Part shown: piece after piece, positions 13,290-26,585 of the stretch
Layout of the letters: every line of letters begins with the position of its first letter
How positions within the stretch are numbered: position 1 is the stretch's first letter
Assembly: GCA_951406725.2 (NCBI GenBank)
Contig: OX597815.1
Location: 148,800,001-148,864,000, forward strand
Direction of reading: 5' to 3'
DNA length: 64,000 nt
DNA from: Octopus vulgaris
Lineage: Eukaryota
Notes under the pieces: generated by a model
What the model was told of the DNA's origin: nothing
Seen by the model: the letters and a program-made list of their open reading frames with translations, nothing else
Database searches by the model: none
Made by a program: the position numbers and the translations under genes

Positions 13290-14707
13290 ACACTTCACTC
13301 AGGCCACAAGTCACTATACGATCTATTCTTAGAATTCCTGCAAGCCATGTAATGTGTCTCCTGAAGAGATATATGGTGGGATGGAAAACTGAACTGACAT
13401 TTTACGGAAAAAGCTTGGGAAATCTGGGTATCAGAAGAGGGACTTTCCATGGTAATGGCCTATCTTTGTTGCATTTTATTCACGGCATGAAGCCCCTGGC
13501 CTTGGTACTTAGAAAAATGAACCTGGGATACCGAATAAAAGGAAAATCCCCAACAATCAACCACCTCCTCTTCATGGATGATTTGATCTGGCAAAAATGA
13601 GACAAAAGTAAGATCCGTGGTTAAGAGGGTATAGTATTTTATTACTTATATTAGAAGGGAATTTGGTCACAAGATGTGCTGAATAATCTACTTAAAAATG
13701 GGCCAGGTACAATCCCTAGTAGAGAAAGAAATACCGAATAGACATGATTAAACAAATTGAAATGGAAGGATAGAAATACCTTGGTGAATTAGCGTTCAAC
13801 GAGATAATGGAAAAGAAAATGAACGAGCAATTGAGGATGGAGCATTTTCAGAGACGGAGTTTGGTTTTGGGTTAAAAATTGGCTGGATGGAATACAATCC
13901 AAGCAGTTAATACGTAGGCGATCGCATCACTTTGGTACGGAACGGCAATTATAAAATAGCCAAACAGAGAGATGAAGAAAATGTATACCGCGACCAGAAA
14001 AATGTTGACAGTATACGGAAACTTCTAACTTAGCAATACTTGACCAGAAGAAAGGGTTGCGAGAGGTCTAATGAGTTACTTGGACTGTATTGAAGCAGAG
14101 GAAAATAGTTTAGGGTGATATATAGAAAATGGCGTGGATAAAAGACATGAAGAAATCAAACGTCATCAAACCTGAAAATTATGTAACTAAAGCATGGAAG
14201 GGTAAGAAAATGTATGGCCAGTTTGCATGACCTACAAAGAACAATCACTAGGTATGAAGAACTGCAGAAGAAGTCACCGAGAATGAGAATTGCAAACTCC
14301 TGTAGGATGAAATGATTCAGTGCTATCTCCCAACCGGACATTTTTGTGGTGAGTAAAAAAGAAAGAACATGCATGATAATCGACATAGATTGGATCAATG
14401 GGAAAGAAGAAAAATAAACTACTATGACGAATTGAAGAGGCGTATACGGAGGATCTAGTCAATGAAGAGAGTAGACGTCATGCCAGTAGTAATTGGTGCG
14501 CTTAGAGGTATCAACACTCAACTACCAAAATGGCTGATAAAAGATGGTTCGTGCAAGTGTGAACACCTACAAAAATCAGCAGTGCTTCGAAGTGCGACAC
14601 ATTTTCTCAGGGTTCTTGAAGCATGACCAAGAAATGTCACCTTAGACTGCTGGTTGTGGGCAACCGACAATTTCTATCATACCCAGCAAAATAATCTGTG
14701 ATTTTTA
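13290..14707 (+). mobile_element. 5'-truncated, decayed R4/Dong-like (RLE-type) non-LTR retrotransposon
   Basis: WKTEL...GIRRGTFHGNGLSLLHF...LRKMNLGY...INHLLFMDDL (RT), then KYLG, W.G.KMYGQF, QPDIFVV...CMIID (RLE endonuclease) and MPVVIGAL. The 3' UTR runs into (TAA)n. Confidence 0.8.
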
Positions 14708-14789
<82 letters not shown>

Positions 14790-14805
14790 GACAACAATAA
14801 TATAA
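14708..14805. repeat. (TAA)n tract between two R4/Dong-like elements
   Basis: Directly visible. Confidence 0.95.
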
Positions 14806-17790
14806 CTTACCTCAGTTTATGAGAGACAGGAGTTTCGAAAACTCTGGTTGTAACAGCGAAAATGAAGCTGGACCTTTATGGGAAGTCCTCTCTGTCGGCA
14901 GTGGATCAGTAAAGATGCAGACAGATCACAGCTATCAATCTAACACAGCATCAGGAGATAATACAGTAAGGATTAGAAAGTGGACCAGACTAGAAAGCAG
15001 GATATTGATACAGTGTTATTTAGATAGTGAACCTAAAAGAAGGGGTTATAGAAAACGAATGGGTAGAGAAAGGTATGTTTAAAGTGGCTGAAGAGAGATT
15101 AGTTGATGAAGCCAATGCTATTAGAAGAAAGTGGATGAGAGAATTGGAGGTAGAAGAGATCACAAGAGAACTTCAAAAGTAAGATCTGTCAGTAGGAAAG
15201 ACAAACAGCAACATAAGAAATACATCTCGAACTAAAGAAATATCTAAAGGGAACAAATAATAATAACGCTATAAATAAGGAAGGGACAAGTGGCACCGAC
15301 GACTTAAGTGATTTAAGTGAAGATGTTCAGAAGACTTTAGATGAGTTGCGGGAAGGGATGTGTAAAGAAGTAAGAACAAGATTGTCATCAATAAAAGACA
15401 TCAACAGACCAGAACGAATTTTATAACAAAATAAATAGTGGAGAACGAAGTACTGAAGATGGGAAACTTAATGCAGAGGAAACTAAACAGTTTGGAGTAA
15501 TATTTGGGATAAACCAGTCAATCATATTGTAGATGCAATATAGTTAAAGAAATTGAAGGAAGAAGTAGTGAGTGAGACGCAGCCAGATTTAAGATTAACG
15601 AGTACAGTGATGAGTAAAGTTTTAAGGAAAATGCTGAATTGGAAGGACCCAAGACTAGATTTAGTTAAAGGGTACTAGCTAAAGAGATTCAGTAGTTTAC
15701 ATGGGAGGCTGAGAGAACATCTTCAGGATTGCCTTGATGGAGGAATAACATCAGATTGGATGACTAGCGGGAAGACAATACTCATGCAAGATATGCGCAA
15801 TGGTAATAAAGCTAGCAACTATAGACCAATCACTTGCTTACTATTCGTGTGATAAGAAGGAGGCTTTCGGAATGCATTTACAACCAGAAGTTACAACCTT
15901 AACGAATATAATTTACTGCCAGGAGAACAGAAGGGTTGCAGGAAGAAGGCTAGAGGATCGCATGATCTATTATACGTTCACAGAACAGCTCTACATAAAG
16001 TAGAGGCTAGAAGGAAAAATCTAGTGATAGCAGGGATAGATTATAAGAAAGCCTATGGCATGATCCCAAATTCATGGATAAGTGAATGCCTGAGTATATT
16101 CAGTATACAAAAAGAGTTAATTAGCTTTAGCACGATGAAATGGAAAGTAGATCTCTACTTAGGTGACACTGTCTTAGAGAAAGTTAATATCAAGAGAGGA
16201 ATTTTCCAAGGAGACTTGTTATCCCCTTTAATATTTGTCTTATGTTTGATCCACCTCAGCTTAGTATTAAGGAAGGCAAAGGCAGGGTATCAGTTCAGAA
16301 ACAGTATTGGGAAAATTAACAGTTTGCACTACCTGGAAGATCTGAAGTTTTTTACTACGAATGAATAAGAGATAGATTCCTTAATGCAGACAGTAAGACT
16401 CTCTTCAACAAAGACTTTGGCATAGAATGTGGCATAGATAAGTGTGCAATATTAGTCATGAGAAGGGGACAGGAAATCAACTGTGAAAACATCAAATCAC
16501 CAGGTGGCCAGACCTTAAAATCATTCAAAGGAGGATAGAGTTACAACGATCTAGAGATTTTAGAATCTGACAGAGTAATAACTATAGAAATAAAAACTAA
16601 AATTGAGAAATACATTAGAAGTGTGAGGAGGCTAATGAATTCAAAGCTAAATGGGCCGAATCTAGTGAAGGCTGTAAATACTTGGACAGTATCATTACTT
16701 AGATACTCAGCAACTTCTGTAGATCTGTCAAGAGTTGAATTTTAGTAAAGCTAGACAGTAGAACTAAGAAAGAATTTAATAGGAATGGAAGATTCTACTC
16801 AAAGCTAGGAATAGCAAGGTTATACTTACCAAGAAAGGAAGGTGGAAGAAGGTTAGAATCTTTTCCTTTTGAACGGCACTTTGTAACATAATTTCTAGGT
16901 AATTAAAAAGTTTTAAATTTCGTATACTGGTCGAATATGTTTATAAAACATCATTTTCTCTTGACTTTATTGAGAAAATTCTATAGGTTGTGTGGTATTT
17001 CGTCTTTAATTTCGAGCATTTCGCCAATTTTAACCAATCGCTGACGTCCATTTAGGTAAATAACATTCTGTGCATAATGAATATGTCACTCCTTTAAGAA
17101 ACAGATTGGGTTTATTTACATTTGTGAAGAAAAAATATACCCTTCCCCCACCCCTAACCCTAACTAACCCTAAATCTAAAATAGATTGAAATGCAATAGA
17201 TCGATACTAGGGTTATAATTATGGGTGACAATTTCGTACGACACCGCTACGGAAAATGGGATGTTTTTCTAGCGGGGTCAAATGCAAATGTCACCCATAA
17301 TTATGTCCCTAGTATCGATCTATTACATTTCAATCAATTTCAGATTTAGGGTTAGAGTTAGGGTTAGGGGTGGGTATCTTTTTTCTTCACAAATGTAAAT
17401 AAACCCAATCTGTTTCTTAAAGGAGTGACATATTCATTATGCACAGAATGTTATTTACCTAAATGGAAGTCAGCGTTTGGTTAAAATTGGCGAAATGCTC
17501 GAAATTAAAGACGATATATGTTACAACATATAGACTTTTCTCAATAAAGCCAAGAAAAAATGATGTTTTATAAACACATTCTACTAGTACTCTTTAGTTA
17601 CCTAGAAATTAAGTTACAAAGTGCCGTTCAAAAGGAAAATATCCGAGGGTTAATATAAGTAGAAGACTGCGTGGAGTTAGAGTTGATATAGTCTTCTATG
17701 TAGATAATCACAGCAAAACATAGGGAAATCCAAGAACCAAACGAATTTTTTAAGAATAACAAAAGTTATGAGACGCAGGTGGCAGGTGAC
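14806..17790 (+). mobile_element. Decayed R4/Dong-like retrotransposon with its 5' end, interrupted by a fold-back DNA element
   Basis: N-terminal KWTRLESRILIQCYLDSEPKRRGYRKRM, then NWKDP (NWK.PG.D-like), ASNYRPITCL, QKG, IDYKKAYGMIPNSWI, IKRGIFQGDLLSPLIF, INSLHYLEDLK and RLYLPRKEGGR//GLI.VED. No RLE domain was seen after ~17790. Confidence 0.85.
16856..17644. mobile_element. 789-bp palindromic (fold-back) non-autonomous DNA transposon, Merlin-like
   Basis: Arms of ~390 bp are reverse complements (gaatcttttccttttgaacggcactttgtaac... / ...gttacaaagtgccgttcaaaaggaaaatatcc). 8-bp TSD gaaggtta (16848-16855) / gagggtta (17645-17652). The right end is CC; the left end is GA (GG expected). Confidence 0.85.
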
Positions 17791-18741
17791 AGGTGGCAGC
17801 TGAAGACTTTGCATAGTAGATTCTTGAAGATAGTTACGGCAAAAAGTGTTAATGAAACATGGACCAATTTTTGGCCGAAACGTATCTAAGCGTATCATCA
17901 GAAACTAATGGACCGAATTTATGATAGAATTGATATTCGATCGTCCCTTGCATAAATAATTAAGATAACATACAATAGCTCGGCTGTTACCTTTATCTAG
18001 TATTTGTTTAACACATGCTCTCGCAAAAATTAGGTTCTTCGTTTTACACATGTGAAAGGAAACTAAACATTAATTTAATATTGTTTACGGTGTAAATTTA
18101 TTTCCACTAAAGAGAGATATTTTGTGAGAAAGCAAATTTTAAATTCCAGTAATCTCACACGTTTAAACCCTACCAGTCCAGTCATAAATGTACGTTCTCT
18201 AATGTATGTGCATTGTTCGTCCATAACGCCTTCAGACGGAAGACCATTAAACATAATCTCTGTGAATGGTACATCAGAAAGCATAACATTCACCAAATGA
18301 AAACTCAGTGAGGCAAGATCACTATGAAAACAATATTCTTTTTGTCTAACAGAAAAGAAAATTATACTCCTTAGTAAAGTACTTGCTTCCACTAAGTAGC
18401 ATTTATTCTTCTGGAAATGTGTGAAGCTAATTCGTTTCAAAATTCCAACTCACAAACGGTATTTTCACGAAGAAAATTTCTTGCCGCCACCAATTACATT
18501 TTAGAACTGTAATAAATAATTTACTAAAAGGTGTTTAATATAATTTGATCGTTTTGATCACTTTAAGAAATGAAGATATGTAAAACTATAATGTCAAGGA
18601 AATGTGAGATTGTGTGTGTGTATGCTTGTGTGACTGTGTGCGCATATGTGTATATATATATATATATGAACATGTATATATATATATATATATATACATA
18701 TATATACACACATATATATACATATGTATATATGTACATAA

Positions 18742-18798
<57 letters not shown>

Positions 18799-19604
18799 TA
18801 CATATACTCACACATACACACACATATATGTATGCATTGAAACGAAAGTATCTATGCATTGACACATACATTAGTGCATGAGTGTATGTATATGTTTAAA
18901 GGAAATTTACATGTGAAAACAGTGTTAATTTTATTTATAATTAATAGTAATGTCGGTGAGGATACAAATAACTGCTAAACCAAAAGAATCCTCAAAATTA
19001 TATTTAAAAATATGTAGGCAACAACTAACAAACAATAACGACGCACATTTCTGCTCAACACACCATAAAGAAGCAAGTAGCCATAGAAGAGTGAACATAT
19101 ACTTTGCAATATTGTTTCCAGCTTGTTCTTCTATACATCATGGCGTTCATTGCTACGGTTTGTTTTCTTTTTTATCACACCCAAGAGATGTCATTACAGG
19201 AATTGAACTTCAATAATTTAATAAGTGAACTGGAAAAATGCTATTTCTTACATGACAGAGAAACATTTTTAGAGAAACTAGTTTCATTGTTAATGAGAAT
19301 GCAATATTTTATGGGTGTTATATGTCCATCAATTTAGCTGCCCATTATATTTTCATGTCTTTCACAATTTTGTATAAATTAGTAAATGTCACACTCATGT
19401 GTATACAAAATATATACAAGCGTGCGAGCATACACAAGCAAATACACACATATATATATCTTTACCTTTCTATCTCTCTATGCACATATTTTTATATATA
19501 CACGTAGCACAAGCGTGCGCACAAACATGCACGCAAACAAACATATATATATACGTATTGTGTGTATATATACATACAAACATGTGTATACATTTATACA
19601 TATA

Positions 19605-19673
<69 letters not shown>

Positions 19674-20199
19674 TACTATATACATACATTCATACGTACG
19701 TACATTCATTGATACATACATTACTTCATACATGCATTCATTCATACATACATACATACATATATACATGAATATACCTGTTAGGTCTATAAATATCTCT
19801 TACGCGGCACAAAATGCTTGATTTCAAATACGGTTTGCTTTCATCGCCGGGTAAATTAGATGCAATTCAATCTCCTTTAGCTGTTACATGCATTTTATTT
19901 CGCAGGGTGATGTGTGTATGCTTGAACTTTATTTTATATCAATTCGCATGAACAAATTATCACAGGTCAATCATGCGTTCGTGAACAGAAAGAGTAAAAT
20001 CTTTGTTACGAAAATTTAATGGTAGAAATGATATGTCTATGAAGCTAGAAGTTGCTAGTCTGTTCTGGAAATTTTGTACGTGACGTTCTCTGCTATGACT
20101 AGTTGCCTCTTCTAATTATGAGCGACAGATTTAGAGAGAAAAAAACAGGGAAGTTTTCTGAGTTTTAGAGCATCACTTTGGACTTTTATAAATGTTATA

Positions 20200-20900
20200 A
20201 GAAGTAATTATTTCATAGATTTCACCATATTTTTTTACAATACTGATAATACAGTAACCTACATGACCAATTGAAGAAAAGCCAGCTAGTTATCGTACGA
20301 ATGAAAGTACTGTGGAAACGACGGCGGTGTCTTTTGTTTTAATATTCGGGACGAAATACTAGAGAAAGTAAAATTCTCAGATTGTATTTCAATGAGATAT
20401 CCCTGAAAGCCAGAGTGTATTTCCTATTTGAATGGATTGAACCATTATGATATGTGTCTTACGGGAATCTAAGAAAAATCTGCCTAACAGTACCTTTAGT
20501 TTTCATCATAGTCAATTTATGAAAGCGTGTGAGACAGAGCTTATGAACACTGCTCAAAATATATTCCTCGCTGTAAAAATTATTTGGGATATGGAGAGTA
20601 ATATATCTAACAACCTGGGATTGCTATCGTGTGTGAAAGACATAATCAATATGATGAAGATTAATCTCCTAAGACGTAGGACCGTGCGTAATTGAGCTGA
20701 AATATGGAGGGTTTTCGAAAGGAGTGGCGAAAACACTCTCATAAACAGCTTATCGAATGATATAACTGTGAAGACGGTGGCGTGTTGATGTGCTAGCAGC
20801 AAACAACAGTTGATCATGTGCAATGATAAAGGCTTATAATGAGAGATGTATATCCACCGGCATCAAACTGTATGAAAAATATATGAAGTAAAAAGAAAAC
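20200..20900 (+). mobile_element. Possible highly decayed RLE-type non-LTR fragment
   Basis: A zinc-knuckle-like remnant C.C...TVDHV...REMYIHRHQTV near 20785-20870. Confidence 0.35.
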
Positions 20901-21323
20901 GCTAAAACAAGCTTGCACAAGATCCAATATATCAGGACTATTCACGTTATTCTACAAGAACTGCTTTTCGATTTGTGTCCAAATATTTGATTCGATCACG
21001 CGAGGAAAGTGCAAAACAGTGTTGTCAAAGTTCACTCCGTTTAAGACTAAACAAAAGAAAACACTACCTGGCTACAAATCATGTTCGATAGTGAAATACA
21101 TCCAATTAGGAAAAGATGGCGATTATCCGTAATTCTTCCTGCGTTATGAGTGTATGCTCTTGCAAAATAATTATATTAAATCATATTTTTAATCAAATTC
21201 GGAGGCATATTAATATTAGATACAAGTATATTTATTTCCTGTACCGTGAACTTTTCTTCATTAGTAACATCCAGTTCAAATTTACATACATATATCCACA
21301 CCAATATTTATTTACATTCTGTT

Positions 21324-21560
21324 GGCGGATGGCTTAGTGGTTAGACGTGGTGGACTCACAATCGTAATATTGGGTTTCGATTGCTGGGCTCTTGAACGAA
21401 TCACTTTATTTCTGCATGGCTCCTGAACGAATCACTTTATTTCTGCCAGATAGCAAAATTGAGTAAACCTACAACGGGCCTACGTTCCTTCTACGGGTAG
21501 TATATACGCCAGGGAATCAAGGAAACTGGCTGTGTGAGTTTATATAACTGGAGAAGAAGC
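21324..21560 (+). mobile_element. tRNA-derived SINE (third head type), decayed
   Basis: A-box tggcttagtgg and B-box-like ggtttcgattg. Internal 23-bp duplication tgaacgaatcactttatttctgc. Confidence 0.55.
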
Positions 21561-21588
21561 TTTTATATTTGTCCTATTTTTTGTATGT

Positions 21589-21626
<38 letters not shown>

Positions 21627-23477
21627 ACTAAAAGTTATAAAATAATTATTTACCAGTGGCTAGTATGCGTAATAAGAGCCAGAAGACATAAATAATTTTA
21701 AATATAATAGTGTACGAAACATACACGAAGAGAAAAGCACTATGCGAATTTCTTACATGATAAGAATGGCTGTCAAAGCCTAAAGCCACGAAAGAATATT
21801 CTTACCTTAAAGCACGTTGATGTACGTTGATTGTACACGAGCAAAATATTTGACTGAATAAAATACAGTAAACCTTAAAGTTTCGCTATTACTGACCAAA
21901 TAAATTAATTATTCATATAATTAATTGACTATTTAATCATCCGTAGCCCGTCCGTAATGTCACTAATTAAATGCATAAACATAAAACTGCAATACGTACC
22001 GAAAACAACAAAGTAAAACACATACGCACTCAGTTCTATGTTTATACATCATTCACCTCAGAATTCCTTCAAAAACAACGTGCAACAACAGAGTAGAAGA
22101 GCAGGGAATAAATTCAGACTTATATTTCTGACCGAAGAATTTAAATATCTAACTAGATAAATTATTTTTAACTTTATATGTTAGGACTCTCTGTATGTGT
22201 TTGTTTGTGTGTGTGTGTGCGTGCGTTAAAAATGTAATAAAATGAAAAAATATTTTGTATTTCATTGTGAACGACGGTACTTGGAAACCAGTGGGGAATG
22301 TTACTCTGTAGCGGAGTAAGAAGGAAGTATAACGTGTCTATATTTATTCTCATACAGAGGTGGTTTTTGTGGAGATTGATTGATGTCGTGTAAGCTGGTT
22401 GACGTGTGAAAGTAAATATGAGCAGGACAAGTTTGAATTGATGAAAGAAATGGCTGAAAATATTTTAGGTTGGTTGTTACGCTAAGTGGGGTCCGACGAA
22501 ATGTCAGGGATTTGTTAAATGGATGGTGTGAATGCATGTATGGACTGTTGTATTTGCGTGTATATGTGAGCAAAAGACATATGGAATATTGTAATGTGGA
22601 ATAAGCTAAATAAACACCTGCGCACTGAGCACTTGTGAACATGCGTACATGTAAGAATAAATACACCCTGCCAGGCGAAATTCTATTAGAATTTGGAGAT
22701 TCAATAAGAGATTAGAGTTCTTTCGAAAAGCTCTAGATTTTGGAATTCCCAAGATTACTAAATGGGATTAAAATTAGAGATGTGAAAAGTCGAAAGTGCG
22801 GCAGCTGAAATATTGCAGTAGCAAGAAAATAAGAGAATTGAAATTTTATGTTATTGTTGATTGCTTTATATATATACGCATAAAATACAAAATGAACGAA
22901 TGGGATAACTATGTCAGGCTCCCAGCTTAAAAGTAAAATGTGTGTTTTGAAAATAACCAGGAAAATTCAATACGCGATAAGGTGTCCCGAGAACTTCGAA
23001 AATGTAAAACATACAAAATCCTAAAGAGGAAAATGAATGGCTTGGAAGATGGTAATGATCGAAGAACGTGTAAAAGACCTGAGCGAATGTTAAACTGTAT
23101 AGGGTATGGTTTGGATCGCCGTTAGAATGTTATTTGGAGAAAACTCATGAACGAATACTGACTATTTCTCAATAATCTCAAGTTATGCAATTTCAGGTAC
23201 AGAAGACAGCATAAATAATATTGTTGTAAATTGGCCAATCAAATTTAAGTTGTATAAATTTTATACGTAGAAACTACACCAAGCTAATTTAAAACGTGAG
23301 ACAAGTAATGCACAAACTGGACTCAGTTGAATTAAAATTTTCTTTGTATGTCCTTTCTCCCGACATGTTTCGAGTTTCTACATATTCCAGACAGAAGTTT
23401 AGGCGGTTGGTATGAAAGTGATTATGTGTGTGTGTACGATTGTACTACTGAAACCTTGTTTCCAATAACGGTTTGGT

Positions 23478-23706
23478 AGGCGAGCTGGCAGAAACGTTAG
23501 CATGCCGGGTTAAATTCTTAGCGGTATTTCATTTGCCGTTACGTTCTGAGTTCAAATTCCGCCTAGATCGACTTTGCCTTTCGTCCCTTCGAGGTCGATG
23601 AAATAAGTACCAGTTACTCACTGGGGTCCATATAATCGACTTAATCCGTTTGTCTGTCCTTGTTTATACTCTATATGCTTAGTCCCTTGTGGTCAATAAA
23701 GAAATA
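23478..23706 (+). mobile_element. tRNA-derived SINE, family B, near full length
   Basis: ggcgagctggcagaaacgttagc...gttctgagttcaaattcc...gtcgactttgcctttc...aataagtaccagtt...cccttgtggtcaataaagaaata. Homologous to 690-896 and 36380-36508. Confidence 0.85.
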
Positions 23707-23736
23707 AATGTAAAATATATGAAAAATATCTTTATA

Positions 23737-23854
23737 GGTGCAGGGTGAGTGTATGGCGAGAAGCATAGATGGTTGCGGGTTCAGTCCTACTGCGTGGTAT
23801 CTTGGGAATGTGAGTGTATTTGGTAGATGGAAACTAAAAGAAACCGGTCGTATT

Positions 23855-23901
<47 letters not shown>

Positions 23902-24149
23902 TTTTGTGCGTGTGTGTGTGTGTATTTATGTGTCTTTGTGTCTGGGTTTGCCCCTGCTCCGTCATGGCTTCACACCGATGTTGGTATTTTTACGTCCTTG
24001 TAACTTACCGAGGCAGTAAAAGAGATCCGATAGAATAAGTACCACGCTTACAAAAAATAAAGGGATCAATTTCTTTGACCAAAAACAAAATGCGTTGCTC
24101 CAGAATGGTCACAGTCAAATGACTGAAACAAATAATAGAATAAAAGAAT
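23737..24149 (+). mobile_element. tRNA-derived SINE, family A (central microsatellite)
   Basis: Colinear with 47827-48220: head, ggtagatggaaact, a (TA)(TG)n core and the tail cagtcaaatgactgaaac. Confidence 0.85.
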
Positions 24150-24186
24150 CCGTTTTATTAACTTTTATAATACATTTTTATATAAA

Positions 24187-24723
24187 TACAAAGGTGAGTC
24201 AAAACGTAATGCCATTTTGTTTAGGACAGGTATAATTACCAACACAAGAACATGTATCATACATCAAAACGCAGCTGGTCCTCTGTGGATCACATCTCTT
24301 CTTCTCAATGTAGTCACCGTTTCACTCAATGGCAATGTTCTACCTTCGGATGAGTGCATGTATCCCTGCTCCGTAAAAATTCTGTTGACTGTTCTTTGAG
24401 CTACTTCTTCACTAGAGTTTTCACTTCCTCGTCACTGTATTATCATCTCTTCGGCCCCATGAAAGATTGTTTGAGAGGCAAACATTATTCCAGTGACAAG
24501 GAAGTGGAAACTGTAGTGAAGAAGTAGCTCAAAGTACAGTCAACAGACGTTTACGGAGCAGGGATACATGCTCTGATTCGATGGTCGAACATTGCTATTG
24601 TGAGAAACTGACTAGATTGATGCATAGGGATGTGATCCAGAGAGGGCCAGCTTCATTTTGATGAAGTTGGTAATTATACCTCTCCTAAACAAAATGGCAT
24701 TATTTTCAACTCAAACTCATCTA
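24187..24723. mobile_element. Palindromic mariner-derived MITE made of two inverted transposon 3' ends
   Basis: Arm 24189-24437 is the reverse complement of 24491-24720. The spacer plus right arm read HLFGPMKDCLRGKHYSSDKEVETVVKK...GIHALIRW (mariner C-terminus). TA at both ends. Confidence 0.85.
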
Positions 24724-25182
24724 TCATGAAATAAATGTCTGATACGTATATTTTCATATTTTGGACGCGTAAATAAAGCAAGTTATTGATAGAAACATAA
24801 TTACACAACATCGGTAAATTTACTATCAATATTATTTTTTAAAAGAGCGCAATACTGACAATAATGTAGTCAAAAACATTGAAATGAATTATATATTGTC
24901 CGATAAGCATCTGGATACTCACCAAATTAATTTTAAGGAGGTGGCGTATTATCTACTCACGTTATTATTTAAGGAACATACAATAATGTATGCTCCATAA
25001 GAATTAAATATTTTCATATAATAGCATATGAATTGAACAATATTTAAAATCAAACACACGCACATACATACACACACATATATACATATACATACAGAAA
25101 CACACACATTGATACCTACAGTGATATATATACATATATATATATGTGTGTGTGTGTGTACGTATATATATATATACATATA

Positions 25183-25228
<46 letters not shown>

Positions 25229-25811
25229 CAGTGAAACCTCTTTCGTATCACCAGTACGTTGTCTCTACCTCATATTAATTTTGCTTAGGCTGGTGCTTTA
25301 TTCGAAACGATATCTAATGTGTTCGCATAAAAAGAGTATGCATTTGGATATTAATTATATACTAATTGTCTCTTTAATTTGGAATGTACCTTATCAGTTA
25401 AGATTGCTCCATTATGCTACAGCGTTAATGATCTAAATTAACCTTTATGGTCATATATTGTTCTGCCATTAAAAGAAATTGCGATTTCTTTTCTAAACTA
25501 GATAAGAAGTATAATAAAATGAAAAAGCACGAGGAAGAAATTTAATGGTTTTATGGTAAAGACACGTTAATGGAGATGTGACATAGTAAACATTCCGACT
25601 TACTGATAAGTGTATATAACATATATGCGTAAACATATATGCTCATGTGTGATTTTATATCATGTATGTGTATGTGTGTGTACATATATTACAGTTGTAT
25701 TGTACTCTACAACATTTATCGTGTAATCCATTAGTTTAATAAAACATTGTTTATAAATATACATATAAAAGTATATATATATATATACATATATATACAT
25801 ATATATATATA

Positions 25812-25883
<72 letters not shown>

Positions 25884-25884
25884 A

Positions 25885-26585
25885 CTCTTCTGGATGTCAT
25901 TCTTGTTTCATTTGCTGCCAAAATCCTTGGCCTTCATTTCAACTTTGGTGTTACAAGGTTTTTTTTTGTTTGTTATCCTGTTCAACTGCCCCAGCACAAA
26001 TAATAATCAAGGGGTTGTACTCTAGGGAGATAGGCGGTCAGATCTTAGGGGTGATGTGGTCGTAGATATTGTCTGAGAGCCTTGATTGTACTCTCCTACT
26101 TGTGCACCATGTTGCAGACTCTTATTGTCAGACATACGTTCTTCCAGCAGTAACCTTCTTGACCCAGCGCAACACAACCTCCTCTAAGCACTTCATGTAG
26201 GGCTCCACCGTGTTGAGCCTGAGTCCATGTGGGAAAATGAATGGAGGCATAACATGATCATCACTAGTGATCACTACAAACACCTTTGTCTTGACTAGGT
26301 GTATTTTTATCAGTCTCGGTATATGTGCACACATTGCACTGACCTTACATTGACACCCAAACACTGAAATATTCATATTGAAGCATCAGTCACGTATGCC
26401 AAGCAGTACGGCATGTTGTTTCCAAATTTCGGGCAGAGCCAATTGAGTCATAGTGCTGCATTTCTGACAGACGGTGCCCTACCGACCCTACTATTCTGTG
26501 ACGTCAACATAATCAAAAATATACAATGCACATGCGCGAAAGAAAAAATATAAAATTACGATATTTTACACATCGCAACCAGTAT
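25885..26585 (-). mobile_element. Decayed Tc1/mariner-superfamily (maT/DD37D-like) transposon
   Basis: KVFVVITSDDHVMPPFIFPHGLRLNT..YMKCLEEVVLRWVKKVTAGRTYV, then QQES and an NPLDYY segment (decayed WPPNSPDLNPLDY motif). Confidence 0.75.

Noticed and set aside
17150-17372. True telomere or chromosome-fusion site (CCCTAA...TTAGGG)
   Set aside because: Only a few degenerate units, symmetric because they lie in the arms of a TSD-flanked palindromic transposon.
22299-23250. Possible solo LTR or gypsy relic
   Set aside because: I could not identify a matching end, TSD, primer-binding site or protein motif.
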